Notes under the pieces: generated by a model
What the model saw: only the letters and a program-made list of their open reading frames with translations
Told to the model about the DNA's origin: nothing
The model's database searches: none
Made by a program: the position numbers and the translations under genes
Assembly (NCBI GenBank): GCA_002633005.1
Contig: NMRA01000053.1
Span: 506,131 to 570,130, forward strand
Length of the DNA stretch: 64,000 nt
Source of the DNA: Phoronis australis
Taxonomy: Eukaryota; Animalia; Phoronida
Direction: 5' to 3'
Shown here: positions 53,501-64,000 of the stretch, piece after piece
Layout of the letters: each line of letters begins with the position of its first letter
How positions within the stretch are numbered: the first letter of the stretch is position 1

Positions 53501-56500
53501 TTACAAGCAATTTTTGCGTAGCGATGAAGTTTTCCCGGTCAGGATTAGGTGTGTGGCGGTCAATTTGGGCACGATTAGGAGTGGCGGGGCCAAAAAGGAG
53601 AGTGAAGGGCCTCCCAGGTTTTTACACGCGGAGAAAACACTTGAATTGATACAGCAACAATAACTTTATTTGTTCATACATTTATCATGGCGTGTTTGAC
53701 TGAAAATGGCCCCATGTGCGAAATCACGAAAGTCAACTTCAAAGGTAAATATACTCGAATACCTTCGTGTTCCGCACTTGATTATCAAGCAAAAAGTAGA
53801 AACAGCAACTCCTTTTGGAGAGATTATACAGATAATTCTCCAGTAAGCACGAGCTTTGAAAGTTCAAGCAAAGCTTGCTGTGACCTTATAGTGATGTGCG
53901 TTGTTCAGAGGATGTCACGAGATTTCGACATTTGACACTAAATACTGTAAAGGAATCCCAACCACATGCATTTCAGTGTATGTTCTGATTTTGACCTGTG
54001 TGGAACGAATAGTTTTGTTACTACCGTTTTTAATCAAAATTGATTTTACTGGAATGTTCACTGTGAAGGATATATTTGGATTACGTACGTGAGGCCCTAG
54101 GGCAAACGACGGACTTAGTACATATCGTATATAATGTCCTAATCGGGAGCACTCATTCGACATTTACCACGGCCTCAAAGGCCTATCACAGAAAAAAAAC
54201 CTACTGCGGAAGAACAGCAAACACCACTCTACAACAGTTTACCACGCACTGCAATAACTTCGATCACGCAGAAAGAAAACTTTCTAACTAAGCACACTTA
54301 CTACCACCACAGAGTGTTTTTACCAAAACTGTGCACGGTAAGAGCTTTTACGTTTAGTAAGGATTTTGTGGAGTGGCATAAGGATTGTATATTGCAAGGG
54401 TTCTGCAGCTTTTGATGGAAGTTTACTTATCATAGTCCCCTTCCTATGCTCGTTGTTAACAGAGTCGAGGGCGTTAGGGGAATGGATGCAGTATGAATGT
54501 GATGAGAGCGCTCGTGAAAAGCAATGGCCTTGAAAAATATGGACATTATTAAATCAATTTCTAGTGGAGTTCTTGCAGCAGCATCTTCGACAGTGTACTA
54601 CGTTCCTTTATCGAAAGTTGATGGACGCCATGAGAAACGATCATAAGTATGAAGTAGGCGGATCCAGGATTTTCAGTTAGGGGGGTCAGGGCAGAGTATT
54701 AGGATTTTGCCCGTCAGACATTCGCACCCCCGAACTGCCAAACGGAATCTGGGAGAGTTTTAGGGGGGCCATGACCCCCTTGCGCCCCCTCTAAATCCAC
54801 CACTGGGTCTAATTGGATGGCGCAATCAAAATGCGTAAGCTTTCCGAACGTTGTTTTGGAAATTTAGACAGTGTCTAGTGACGTCAGTCGACCGACCACT
54901 TTCTGATTTTCTCGCTTGGGAAACGTTACTGAGCCTAGAAAAATGGATGACACAAGCAAAGGAACATGTTGTTGGGATAACAGAATCTGGTTAACTGTAT
55001 AAGCTTACCGTCTTTGTGATGTTTCACCACCGTGCCAGTGCCGCGATGTTTCGGATTATTCTTTTCATCTCCTGCATAAACTACGCGACTGCCAAGTGGA
55101 ATGTTCAAGTTCAAACTGGGCGATCTGATGTCATCGTCTTCTTCTTCCTGGTCTCCCCCTTCCTCCTTTGTGATGGCCATCACAACCTTATAACACTCCT
55201 CCTATATAACAAAAACAATCAGGTCGTGGATTGGATACCTCATTTTGTGAACGTGATGTATCCATATACTCTGTATTCTATATCACACAAATTTGTTCTA
55301 ATACCTAAACTTGCCGATTTTGACTGGCAAAATACTTGGTTACCATGGCGACAGTGCATATTTCAGTTTAGTAACCACCCGCAATTTCAATGGAAGGTCA
55401 CATGATTTTGGACGGTTGACTTATATTTCCATTGTTGGGGGAGTTGCCCCCTCACAACTCACCAAGGTATGGTCGTGTATAGGTAACGTTTCTCTTCAAG
55501 TTGGTTTGCACATGTGAAGTCTTCCAGCTTCATGACAATCAAACCAACTGTGAATGTTCGATCATCCATTCGGTGCCACAGCTGTTTATAATGAGCATAA
55601 AAGATGTTTCAGGACAAACATTATTGGTCCAGGATACAGTTTACTGCAACAGTAGGAAAATGGAACTTACCAGCTCGAAGGGGTCGTCTAAGTCAAGCAG
55701 ATTGCGTTCACCAGTGTCATTGGATATCATCCAGTTTTTGAAACTTGACTTGTCTGGCACCAAATCGCGGATATGAGCTTTTACTAGGGTAAAGACAAAG
55801 AGAACTATGTTAATCGTGAATCAGAGAAGAGCATATGACGACGGTTTCTCCTAAACGTAATAGGCATACGTCTTATATATACCACAGACGGTATCAGGCG
55901 ATATGCAACCTTTTCTCGTTGATTAAAACACAACCGTTATGTGGATTTTGTTGTAAAAAGCAACATGTGTCATAACTAACTTTTTTCATTGAATTAATCA
56001 GCTTCAAACTCGCACTTTCTGTCAAAACGACACTGATTGAGGTAGCTTACTCAGTTTAGACGTTATTTGAATAGCTGACAGTTCGTTATTTATTCAGACA
56101 GAGCCCATAAACTTTCTGATCACGGCGTGACCTGAAATTTTACACGCTTGGTTGGAGAGAAATAATCTCCAATTTGACTAAAGAACAATTTGAGACAAAT
56201 TTCATGATGGCAGTTGACCTAAATGAAAAGTTGGTTTTTGTGACAGAAGGTGGGTTTATTGTCGCTTTAACATAACAAAATCTTTCCAAGACTGTAGATA
56301 TAAGTTGCTGTAAGTTTCAACTCGAACACAAGAAACTGAAACATTATGAAGATTTTCAGTACCAGATAACGGAGACGCTTTAAATTCATTGACATAGATC
56401 ATCTATCATTTATGACTATCTTCAAGAGACCGCTTACAGGTATTCCAATTTACTTATCCAGTATTTATCCATTCAGAAATTCCCACATCCAGCTAATACA

Positions 56501-59500
56501 CAACTTAAAAATCACCTCTAAAGGGACCTGCAAAACGGCTGGCATAGTAATTCCATCTGTAGTATCCGCTGATTTGTTTGAGAGCAACAGCGTCATCGTA
56601 ACGTGCGTACACCCCAGATCCGTTGCTTGCCAACGACTTCAAGAAGGTCTTTAAAAAATACACGGTTGTTACAAGTCATTTGAATAAAGCGTTGTTAAAA
56701 AGCATGTCAGACTAAAACGAAAACGTGGTCTTCGATTTTTCACTGCCGTAACGTTCTTTTTGGTTGATGACCAATACCTAGATTTTAAGACTTTTTTGTT
56801 TCGGCCACAATAACTCACAAATTTTAACAACTATAGCACACAAATTTAAAGGAAAACGTTCCGTTTTTATTCTACAAACGAGTTTTAAAAAAAATCAGAC
56901 ATTACCTCCTCGTATTCATAGCCGCACGCCACGAAGTCTACCCGCATTTTTGCAACGCTGCGTTTCTGTGGATTCTTTGCAAACACGCATACTGCACTCA
57001 TGACCCGCATACGAGCCTGCGTATAAAAGTAAATTGTAGTTCAAAACTAAAAGAAATGTGTTAATTGATTGAAACTGCCATAAAGTCTCAAAAAAGAAAT
57101 TTGGTCTAGCGCTCCATACAACTAGTTTAGAAATTAAAATAAGTAAATCTCACATGAGCAAAAATGGAAAGTCTCTCAGAATATACAGTCATGTTACTGT
57201 TAATTACTAAGACATTTTTTATACCTAATTTCTAAACTGTAACGCACTCGCAATTGCTTGACTAAAATATTCTTATTAATTATCAGGTGTGGGCGTGAAG
57301 TCCAAATTTCTGTCCCAAGTCTTAAGCCACTTTCAACCACAGGTTATCTCTGGATTACACGTGAGTGTTGAATCCAAAACCATCACCTGATGTAATGTTT
57401 AAGTTTTACAGACTGCTCCCCATATTGCGCGTGCGCTGTGCAAAGGCCACAGCATTGTATGAACTGTAATATTAATGAAGTTAAAGTTCTGCTATGTTTC
57501 AAATAAAAGTTCACTGCTATGCCATACGGCCTACGAAATGGAAGAAGCTTTACGGTATCAAATACTTTTAAAATCTAAACAGACATACACTTTGCGATTT
57601 GGATCTGTCATCGATAACAATGTCATCATTATGTGGGTATCCGTCGGTGAAGACCACTATACGAGAAGGCACTTTACGATTGCTCAATCTCAGTTTACCA
57701 CCTAAAACATCGAAAAAGACATTTCAATTAAGACATTGTCAAAATACAGATTTGATACAGTTAATGGACGCTTCGCAATACAAAAGGCAAACAGGTTCGA
57801 AAAGGGAGAAAAGAGGGCGAACTGGACAAAGGGGTGTGGTGTTGGTAACCTTCCTCAAATAATTTGTGCATATCATATACCAACTTGTAACGGTAGCACA
57901 ATGACTTCAGATAAAATGGACGGTAGCGTAACAACGTGGTTTAACGTTGGTGTTGCTGAACGATGCTTTTGTCGTTTCTCAACTTGGGAACCATCCAGTC
58001 AATGAATAAGACTAGGAGCAATACAAGATGAATGACGCCCACTTTCGAAACACATACCGTTCTCTGCAACCTCCTTCTGGGCCTCTGTTATAGCTTCCAC
58101 CATCGGCGTACCACCTCGAGGAGCAAATATATCTGGAAGTGTACATTCACTTTGCAGTTCAATCTTAGAAAGAGCAACCAAGAAACAAAGAGAGAGCCCA
58201 TCAATTTGTTAACCTATAGCCAAGTGTCAGGGGCCCGATTCAACACAGGTCGTAACTCCAGTAGTCGCGTATACTTTTTTATTAGCAAGTAATTAATTAG
58301 CGTCGCTTATGAAAGTGGGCCTTTAACTTGATTTACAGCTGAATCAAAGTTTCGTTCTTGCAATACGTGCATTGTCGCTTTTGCAAAAATGTGGCGAAAA
58401 ACGTTAACCGAAGGAGCCCCTGATGATTTTAAACAAAGCGTCAATTTCGGAAGGTTTCACTCTCCGACTGTATTAAACTTATGTGTTGTTTACACCTGAG
58501 GAGAATTTTGGAATTTTAGTGTACAGCATTTCCCTATAATTTTACCAGCACTAAAACACAGTCTCTTAAGGCGAATAAGCAAATCGATATTTTCGAAAGG
58601 ATCAGAAATAGCTGCGGTTATATCACTTTGGAAAGTTTGTAAATTGACAAACTTAAATGTGAATTGCTGCCAGTATATCTTTTTTCAACAACCCCTGTCC
58701 TACTTCAAAGCCACTTTCGACTAAGAGAGCAACGTCATTTCAGTGTTGCAGGATCTGGAATAGTTTCAATAGGAAATTCATTTTTCAGTGCAGCAGGCTT
58801 ACTCTTTGAGGAGAGGCACAGGTCGCCATTTTACCATGGCATCAAAAAATTTTCAGCCACTAGCTTGTTAGATAGAGTTTACACATCTGCAAACAAGGGC
58901 TGATCGGGCATTTTACATACTTTAATTGAGACACGACATCCAAACCAGAAAATCAAATTCTGGTCAGGGCCGTGACTAGTGCATATAGTGTCCACTTCAC
59001 CACAGCGGCTTGTTAAAATTGACCGTGTAACCAAAAACCATGGACCGCGCACCATAGGGGCCTGGGCGGGTTATAGCGCCCCCACTTGTTTCAGTGTTGC
59101 GCCGTTCATGGTCAATGGGGAGCGCACCACGGTGTGGGGGGGGGGGGGGCTGGAGAGGGGCTTTTGCCCTCCACTTTTTCAGTGCTGCGCCCCCCATTAA
59201 AACGTTAGATCATCTTATACTGAGATGCTAAAAAGGAAAAGTATTAGGCACATCGCCGTGTGGTAGGTAAATCAACAAAATCTGCAGAGCATGTTTGTGT
59301 TTAGAAACGGTAGAACGTCTTACTCGGTATTCGGCGAAGGCGTATGTAGTCACATGTCAATGACTGCACGCGGTCAGCTGTTCCTCCAAATGTCACAATA
59401 CCAATGTTCTCCTCCAGTCCGTAAATCTGTGCAGTGTGCTGTATGTCTGAAAGCAAAACGAAGTCGTGATGCAAGAATGTTATGCCCGGGTCTCAAATCA

Positions 59501-60446
59501 GCAAACACTTGAGAGACACACCTTAAATAACTGTTGTTCGAGTAAAGTTTAAAATACTGAAATTGGCATACAATACAACTCGAACGACTCTCAATGCTGA
59601 AGTAATGCCATTCGTATATTCATGCCTATTGTTGATCAGTTATTTCTACAACACAGTCGTATAAATCAATCTGAAAAAAGAATCTACCAGTTATTGGTTT
59701 GATCGTCTCAAACTGTACTTATTTGGTTATCGACCTACCGTCAATCAAAGACATGAATGCTTGCTTCACATGCGCCAAGCCTTCGTCTCCCATACTCGCA
59801 GAGCAGTCAATGCAGAAAACGGTGTCCAATTCCCTTGATTTAGCGCATTCTCCCGTATCTTGGAATACAATTATGACAAAATCATCAACAAAAAGAAGAC
59901 TACAAAAATGAGACAGAAAATCGGTCTAATTACTCGATGATACAGACCTAAACTAGACCACCCCCACCACCACCACTACCACCCCCACCACCCCATCCTT
60001 AAATTATATCAGTAATACAGCAACTACTTACCTTGCCTTTCGAACCTCACTTTGCTGCCGATATCTTGTACTCGAGTGATGGGTATACTTTGTGGGGCTG
60101 GCCTTTCGCCGAGTGATTCGTTTATTAACTTGGGATGTGTAGGTGAATCTGCTAGCAGAACCAGAAAATTTAGTAACATCTTTAAATAGATCCTGACTTT
60201 TATATGCGATTCATATCTTCAACTCATGCAAGTCCACTGGAATTTTGGAATCCCTATAGATTTCAACCTCAAACTACTTAAGAATCGACGCTAGCTTCTT
60301 AATTTTACCTGACGGTTTGGAGTTACCACTGCGGCTAGTTTCTGGTTGTTGGAGTACAGATGCACTAGCCCCTAATTCAGAAGTATTCGTTCGTCCGTCT
60401 AATCCTTCGGTCAGTGGCTCAAGACTGCAAGGCGCCTGACGAGGAC
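47027..60446 (-). CDS. Uncharacterised VWA + 2x MIB/HERC2-type + WWE domain protein, 16 exons found, 5' end not resolved (about 670 aa visible)
   Basis: Phase-consistent GT-AG join (minus): 60309-60446, 60032-60148, 59739-59858, 59324-59446, 58058-58132, 57589-57701, 56906-57016, 56516-56648, 55671-55783, 55009-55201, 52233-52382, 50140-50225, 49766-49836, 48150-48341, 47612-47679, 47027-47241. VWA MIDAS: FCIDCSASM / GGTP / IVVFTDG. MIB/HERC2: VGVQVERGQDWKWSNQDGGSGNVGTV...VRWPNGHCNAYRHGAGGKYDL. WWE-like: VWQKFDDD...FRQFDEDVCLMLE...YTLNFEKM. AATAAA follows the stop codon. Confidence 0.85.
47475..47568. repeat. (GA)n/(GGGA)n microsatellite
   Basis: Seen directly. Confidence 0.95.
47612..47679 (-). 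CDS. VWA-MIB-WWE gene exon (WWE end)
   Basis: tttcag|...|gtgagt; YTLNFEKMEASNKNRTIIVNRT. Confidence 0.88.
48150..48341 (-). CDS. VWA-MIB-WWE gene exon (WWE)
   Basis: tttcag|...|gtaagt; HVWQKFDDDSNCFRQFDEDVCLMLEILF...IEIDGE. Confidence 0.88.
48611..48668 (+). mobile_element. Degenerate tRNA-derived SINE head
   Basis: A-box-like TGGCTCAGTGG and B-box-like GGATTCAAGTC. Confidence 0.3.
49766..49836 (-). CDS. VWA-MIB-WWE gene exon (MIB/HERC2 end)
   Basis: gtgtag|...|gtgagt; VRWPNGHCNAYRHGAGGKYDLRL. Confidence 0.92.
50140..50225 (-). CDS. VWA-MIB-WWE gene exon (MIB/HERC2 core)
   Basis: ttttag|...|gtaagt; GQDWKWSNQDGGSGNVGTVYKVEDSGHVY. Confidence 0.92.
50309..51458 (-). mobile_element. Helentron-associated (DINE-1/HINE-like) non-autonomous element
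   Basis: Subterminal inverted repeats atgcgcccaca (50334-50344) / tgtgggcgcat (51443-51453), stem 51424-51453, (GGAC)n microsatellite about 51298-51408, tandem central units, and hairpin caacgc-aga-gcgttg before the CTTGTT end. Confidence 0.75.
52233..52382 (-). CDS. VWA-MIB-WWE gene exon (MIB/HERC2 repeats 1-2)
   Basis: tttaag|...|gtaggt; SVTVEWDLSGSQHRYDFGRNMKYEV...FLKVGVQVER. Confidence 0.88.
52902..52941. repeat. Perfect 19-bp inverted repeat with a 2-nt spacer
   Basis: gagcaggagaattcaattt-aa-aaattgaattctcctgctc. Confidence 0.9.
54655..54805 (-). mobile_element. hAT-like MITE, same family as 12364-12500
   Basis: Ends ...ccccctctaaatccaccactg; internal sequence matches 12364-12476 in reverse. 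Confidence 0.6.
55009..55201 (-). CDS. VWA-MIB-WWE gene exon (acidic linker, start of divergent MIB/HERC2 repeat 1)
   Basis: atatag|...|gtaagc; IPLGSRVVYAGDEKNNPKHRGTGTVVKHHKD. Confidence 0.85.
55671..55783 (-). CDS. VWA-MIB-WWE gene exon
   Basis: ccctag|...|gtaagt; KAHIRDLVPDKSSFKNWM...DDPFEL. Confidence 0.8.
56516..56648 (-). CDS. VWA-MIB-WWE gene exon (VWA C-terminal end)
   Basis: tttaaag|...|gtgatt; TFLKSLASNGSGVYARYDD...ISGYYRW. An alternative phase-1 donor lies 12 nt upstream. Confidence 0.8.
56906..57016 (-). CDS. VWA-MIB-WWE gene exon
   Basis: acgcag|...|gtaatg; ARMRVMSAVCVFAK...RVDFVACGYEYEE. Confidence 0.8.
57589..57701 (-). CDS. VWA-MIB-WWE gene exon (VWA TDG)
   Basis: ttttag|...|gtatgt; KVPSRIVVFTDGYPH. 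Confidence 0.88.
58058..58132 (-). CDS. VWA-MIB-WWE gene exon (VWA GGTP)
   Basis: ttccag|...|gtatgt; IFAPRGGTPMVEAITEAQKEVAEN. Confidence 0.88.
59324..59446 (-). CDS. VWA-MIB-WWE gene exon (VWA)
   Basis: tttcag|...|gtaaga; GLEENIGIVTFGGTADRVQSLTCDY. Confidence 0.88.
59739..59858 (-). CDS. VWA-MIB-WWE gene exon (VWA DxSxS motif)
   Basis: ttccaag|...|gtaggt; ELDTVFCIDCSASMGDEGLAHVKQAFMSLID. Confidence 0.85.
60032..60148 (-). CDS. VWA-MIB-WWE gene exon
   Basis: tagcag|...|gtaagt; SPTHPKLINESLGERP...KVRFERQ. Confidence 0.7.
60309..60446 (-). CDS. VWA-MIB-WWE gene exon (low-complexity N-terminal region)
   Basis: ccaaccag|...|gtaaaa; PRQAPCSLEPLTEGLDG...SGNSKPS, phase 1-1. Confidence 0.6.
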
Positions 60447-60975
60447 CTGGTTGGAGAAATAACTCGTAATTTAGACATAATCTCTCCGTTCGGAAATCGA
60501 AGTTCAGCTAGCTGTCAATATTTTTATAAAATTTTATTCAAGGAGCATTTCACAGTTGTTGAGGTGTCAGTGTTGAATTCTAAACCGAAGCACTTAGGCA
60601 TTTTGATCTGGAACTTTTGCAAAGAAAGAACGAAACTCTAGTCACAAGCAACGCGTACATGCGCCATTTTGGATACCCAACTTTAGACCTGGTCAAACTA
60701 AAAAATCTTGAAGTGTTTTCTTGAGTTGCTAATGGTCTACATGTTCTTGTACCCTCTGACACAGCGCCACCTATACTGAAAAGTGGCCCTGTGGAAACAT
60801 GATGAACGACACACAGAATTTCGTGTGTGGGCATCAGTGCGCATGTTTTGGTCGAATGTACACCGATTATATAGCCACCACTTACAACTATTCAAGCCAA
60901 AGGTGGTAGCCATACTCGATAACTATGAACTGAAAGTTGTTTCCCAGATTTCAAGCAATGGAAATGACAGAAGGT

Positions 60976-62410
60976 TTTTTTTTCACTGTGATATATATTT
61001 ATTGAAGGATACACAGAACATACAAAGAAATAATAACAAACCCAGAAACCGCGAAGCATTATATCTGGGTTGTAAACAATTCATAATTGAAACTTATATA
61101 CATAGAGGTATATACAATTAAGTAGTATCTAAAATAAGTATTCCAATACTTAGACATGCTATTACATATATATAAAAACAAAAATATTTACAGATTCATG
61201 TAGGGAAATCAGATGCACCAATATTGATAAACGGTACATAAAAATTTGCTAACGTTGCTTAGGAGGAATTCGTTGAGAACAAAGTCAAGGTTAGGACTAC
61301 CATTCAGTAATAATGTAACTCTAGTAGGGATATTATTACAAGAATTGAGAGCGTTAACAATTGATTGGTTATCATTGAGTGCACGAAAGAGTGAGTCTCT
61401 CAGGGATTCGATGAGGGGACATTTGAAGAAAATATGAGGATAAGATTGATGGTCACCACATTTACAGTTTGGAGAGACATTACTAAAGTTGTGCCTGAAC
61501 TTGTCAGAGTTGAGGAAAAGGCCACATCTTGATCTGTACAATGCTATTTCGTTATCGCGGGTAAGGGAGAATTGAGTCAAGGGTGTTGAGTTATCAAAAT
61601 TATGAAAAACAGTTCTAAAATTATTTTTTATACTCGTAAAAGAGTTGCTTTCCTTAACAGAGACTGGAAGAGAATTCCAGTTGTTGATGCACATCATGAC
61701 TGTAGACCTTCTGAATGCCTGACTGAACGACGGAGGAATTGCATATGGGGTGGAGAATCTCAAATCACTACGATGGCCTTGTCTAATATATAGATCAAAT
61801 ATTTTTTTGACAGACACGTTGTTGACATTGTTTATTACCTTGAACGTAAATGTGGTCATGTGAAGATTGCGTCGAGTAGACAGTTTGGGCCACTTGAGAC
61901 TATTCAAAACCTTAACACTATTGGATCCCCTGTAAGCTCCGGTTATGAGTAAGGCGGCTTGATATTGTAACTTCTCCAAATGTTGGAGTGCACCCGTATT
62001 GGCAGCCTGATATATAATATCACAATAATCAATGTGTGGAAGTACAAAGGACTTGAACAAAACTTCTAAATGTGTAGAATTCAGATGACGAGAGACAAGC
62101 TTAAGTGGGTTAATTAGTTCCTGAGTTTTTTGTACGAGCTCCATAACGTGAGGGGTGAATGAGAGTTTTTCATCTAACAATATACCCAGATGTCTGTGCG
62201 ACTGTTTTCTAGGAATGATTTCATCATTAAGTTTAAGGTCATAAGACGGGTCAACAAGGAAGAGAGCATTAATAGATTTGGAGAAGGTGAGGTCAACGCT
62301 TTTTTCTGGTTTAAAATTCATTCTCCATTCTTGTGACCAATAGCTTAGTTTATTTAAGTCGTGTTGAAGCTGCAAAGAACATTCAGGGCTGCTCCCTGCG
62401 AAGGGGTAAA
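60976..62410 (-). mobile_element. 5'-truncated non-LTR retrotransposon (CR1/L2-group-like), open ORF2 C-terminus, 14-bp TSD
   Basis: Uninterrupted frame to the stop at 61209: LQHDLNKLSYWSQEWRMNFKPEKS...HRHLGILLDEKLSF...LPHIDYCDIIY...CKCG...HIFFKCP. The 3' UTR has an acccaga...tctgggt stem, AATAAA and an A-tail. AAATGACAGAAGGT is duplicated at 60962-60975 and 62411-62424. Confidence 0.92.
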
Positions 62411-63502
62411 AAATGACAGAAGGTAATGACGTCGGTATCATTACTTTAACCAATTAGCAGCCATGTTAAACAACATTCGACAGTGCTGCATTTCGTAGCA
62501 CTGTGAAAGAGTTGTTGCTAGAGGAAATCTTATCACAGTAAGGAATACTATGAGAATGCTTTAAAATTCCTGCTTCGATTTTTGTATTTAGCCAGTCACA
62601 CACGACAAAATAAATCTTTACTTGAATAATATTGCACAACACCAGCAAGTTCATCTAGTCCTTTCTTGAACCACAGCACTTACCATCACAATTAAGTTTT
62701 AGATTTTTAAAATTGCTATTAAATTGGGCAAGTTGCAAACTTAGGCCTAGTGTAGGAAAAGGATCAGAAAACGATAATCAGTTATCATTTTTGTATGTTT
62801 GTGATTAAATTCTAAAGCGTTACATATATTACAGTGTCCTCTGACATGGAAAGTTCAAAAGATAAGTCAATGTCGACTTGATTTCGTTAGACGGTTCCAT
62901 TATCAAACTTTCCCATAATAGTTTAAAGTAGTTCAATTTCAGCAGTATAAATAACACTCAACATGCATTCAGGTCCCAAACGAAACATCTGCTACAAAAC
63001 TGTTAATTATGCGACAATTTTGTCTCAGTTTCCAAATGCTAAATATATTGTTTGCAGCTCATGCGCCGAATCCTTGTTAACTACAATATCATCTATTGTT
63101 GCTATTTAACCATTTTCAGTGTACAATTACCGCTGTTTTCATTTGTGGTTTCTATTTCAAGTAATAAATCGTTACATTTAAAAGTATTTCTTTTACGAGA
63201 GAAAACTTGTCAAATTTTCTCTCCTAAAACAGTTTTGTAACGTAATGTGCAAGTACATATATGTATATGTATATGTATATGTATAAGACGTGATCCACCA
63301 CGTGAACAGCGTGGGTGAAGTATTTAAAAATCTACCGAAGAAATTTAGGAACTCGAAGCGACATTATTCAGATAGGCAACATAATGTCTCGTGGGATATT
63401 ACTTCATCTACGCCACTCTCGGTACGTTTTCTGTATGTATTCCTTTTTCAAACAATGTCATTTGCTCCTCTGATTTTTGTACGTACGTATGCGCGACGTG
63501 CG

Positions 63503-63595
63503 TTGATACGCCATAAAATTTAACAATTTCGTAAAATGTAACAACTGTTACAGTTGTTATTTTTTAAGAAATTATTACATTTTACGTCTTATCAG
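63503..63595. mobile_element. Minimal (93-bp) copy of the same TIR family, 4-bp TSD TGCG
   Basis: ttgatacgccataaaatttaacaatttcgtaaaatgtaacaactg...ttacattttacgtcttatcag; TGCG at 63499-63502 and 63596-63599. Confidence 0.75.
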
Positions 63596-64000
63596 TGCGC
63601 GCCTGTGTAGGTGTGTGTACATATATACTAAGGGTGGAACGATCACGTTTTTGATTCGATTAATTTTAGAATTCGATTATTTTCAATTCGATTCTCGTTT
63701 GTTAACTTAATTATCCTTTTCAAGTATAAGTAGTTACCTAACCACTCGCACCAATTTAAGCTACAAAACTAATGACTGTGATAACATTCCAGCTATTAAA
63801 TAATCCTGAGCTGTTTATTTGCAACTCTTCAACCGATATAAACAAGTCGTAACTTTGTAAGACACCTAACGACAACGGCACCACGTGGACTCGTACAAAG
63901 CAGCTTAGTCGAGGCGGAGCCACATGGACAGGTTTATCCAAACTAGGACTATGTAGCATAGGTGCAGAACAACTGTGAACGCTTGAGAGTCACAGACGCA

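Noticed and set aside
62411-62453. N-terminus of the 414-aa ORF as a real start
   Set aside because: It lies in and beyond the TSD, so it is flanking DNA in frame with a truncated LINE ORF2.
62684-62686. ATG|gtaagt as the first exon of the VWA gene
   Set aside because: It is phase 0, whereas the exon at 60446 needs phase 1, and I found no bridging exon.

Overview
Repeat-rich, AT-rich eukaryotic genomic DNA with spliceosomal introns and one assembly gap (N, 16898-17364). The repeat types suggest a marine invertebrate, but the taxon is inference only. Most six-frame ORFs are spurious; I assembled the genes by hand from splice signals and intron phases. (1) A complete 14-exon FAM234-like FG-GAP beta-propeller type II membrane protein gene on the minus strand (32254->10963, about 724 aa). 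It faces, tail-to-tail, the last exon of a paralog on the plus strand (846-1138). (2) A 5'-incomplete 16-exon minus-strand gene (60446->47027) encoding VWA + two MIB/HERC2-type domains + WWE, with no catalytic domain in the visible part. (3) A candidate small secreted prepropeptide gene on the plus strand (38239-43779) that the ORF track misses. Mobile DNA includes a decayed Ty3/gypsy-like element next to the FAM234-like 5' end, a young 5'-truncated LINE with a 14-bp TSD, and a TIR family with 4-bp TSDs. There are also Helentron/DINE-like elements, MITEs and a THAP relic. No database searches were run; family names come from motif recognition.
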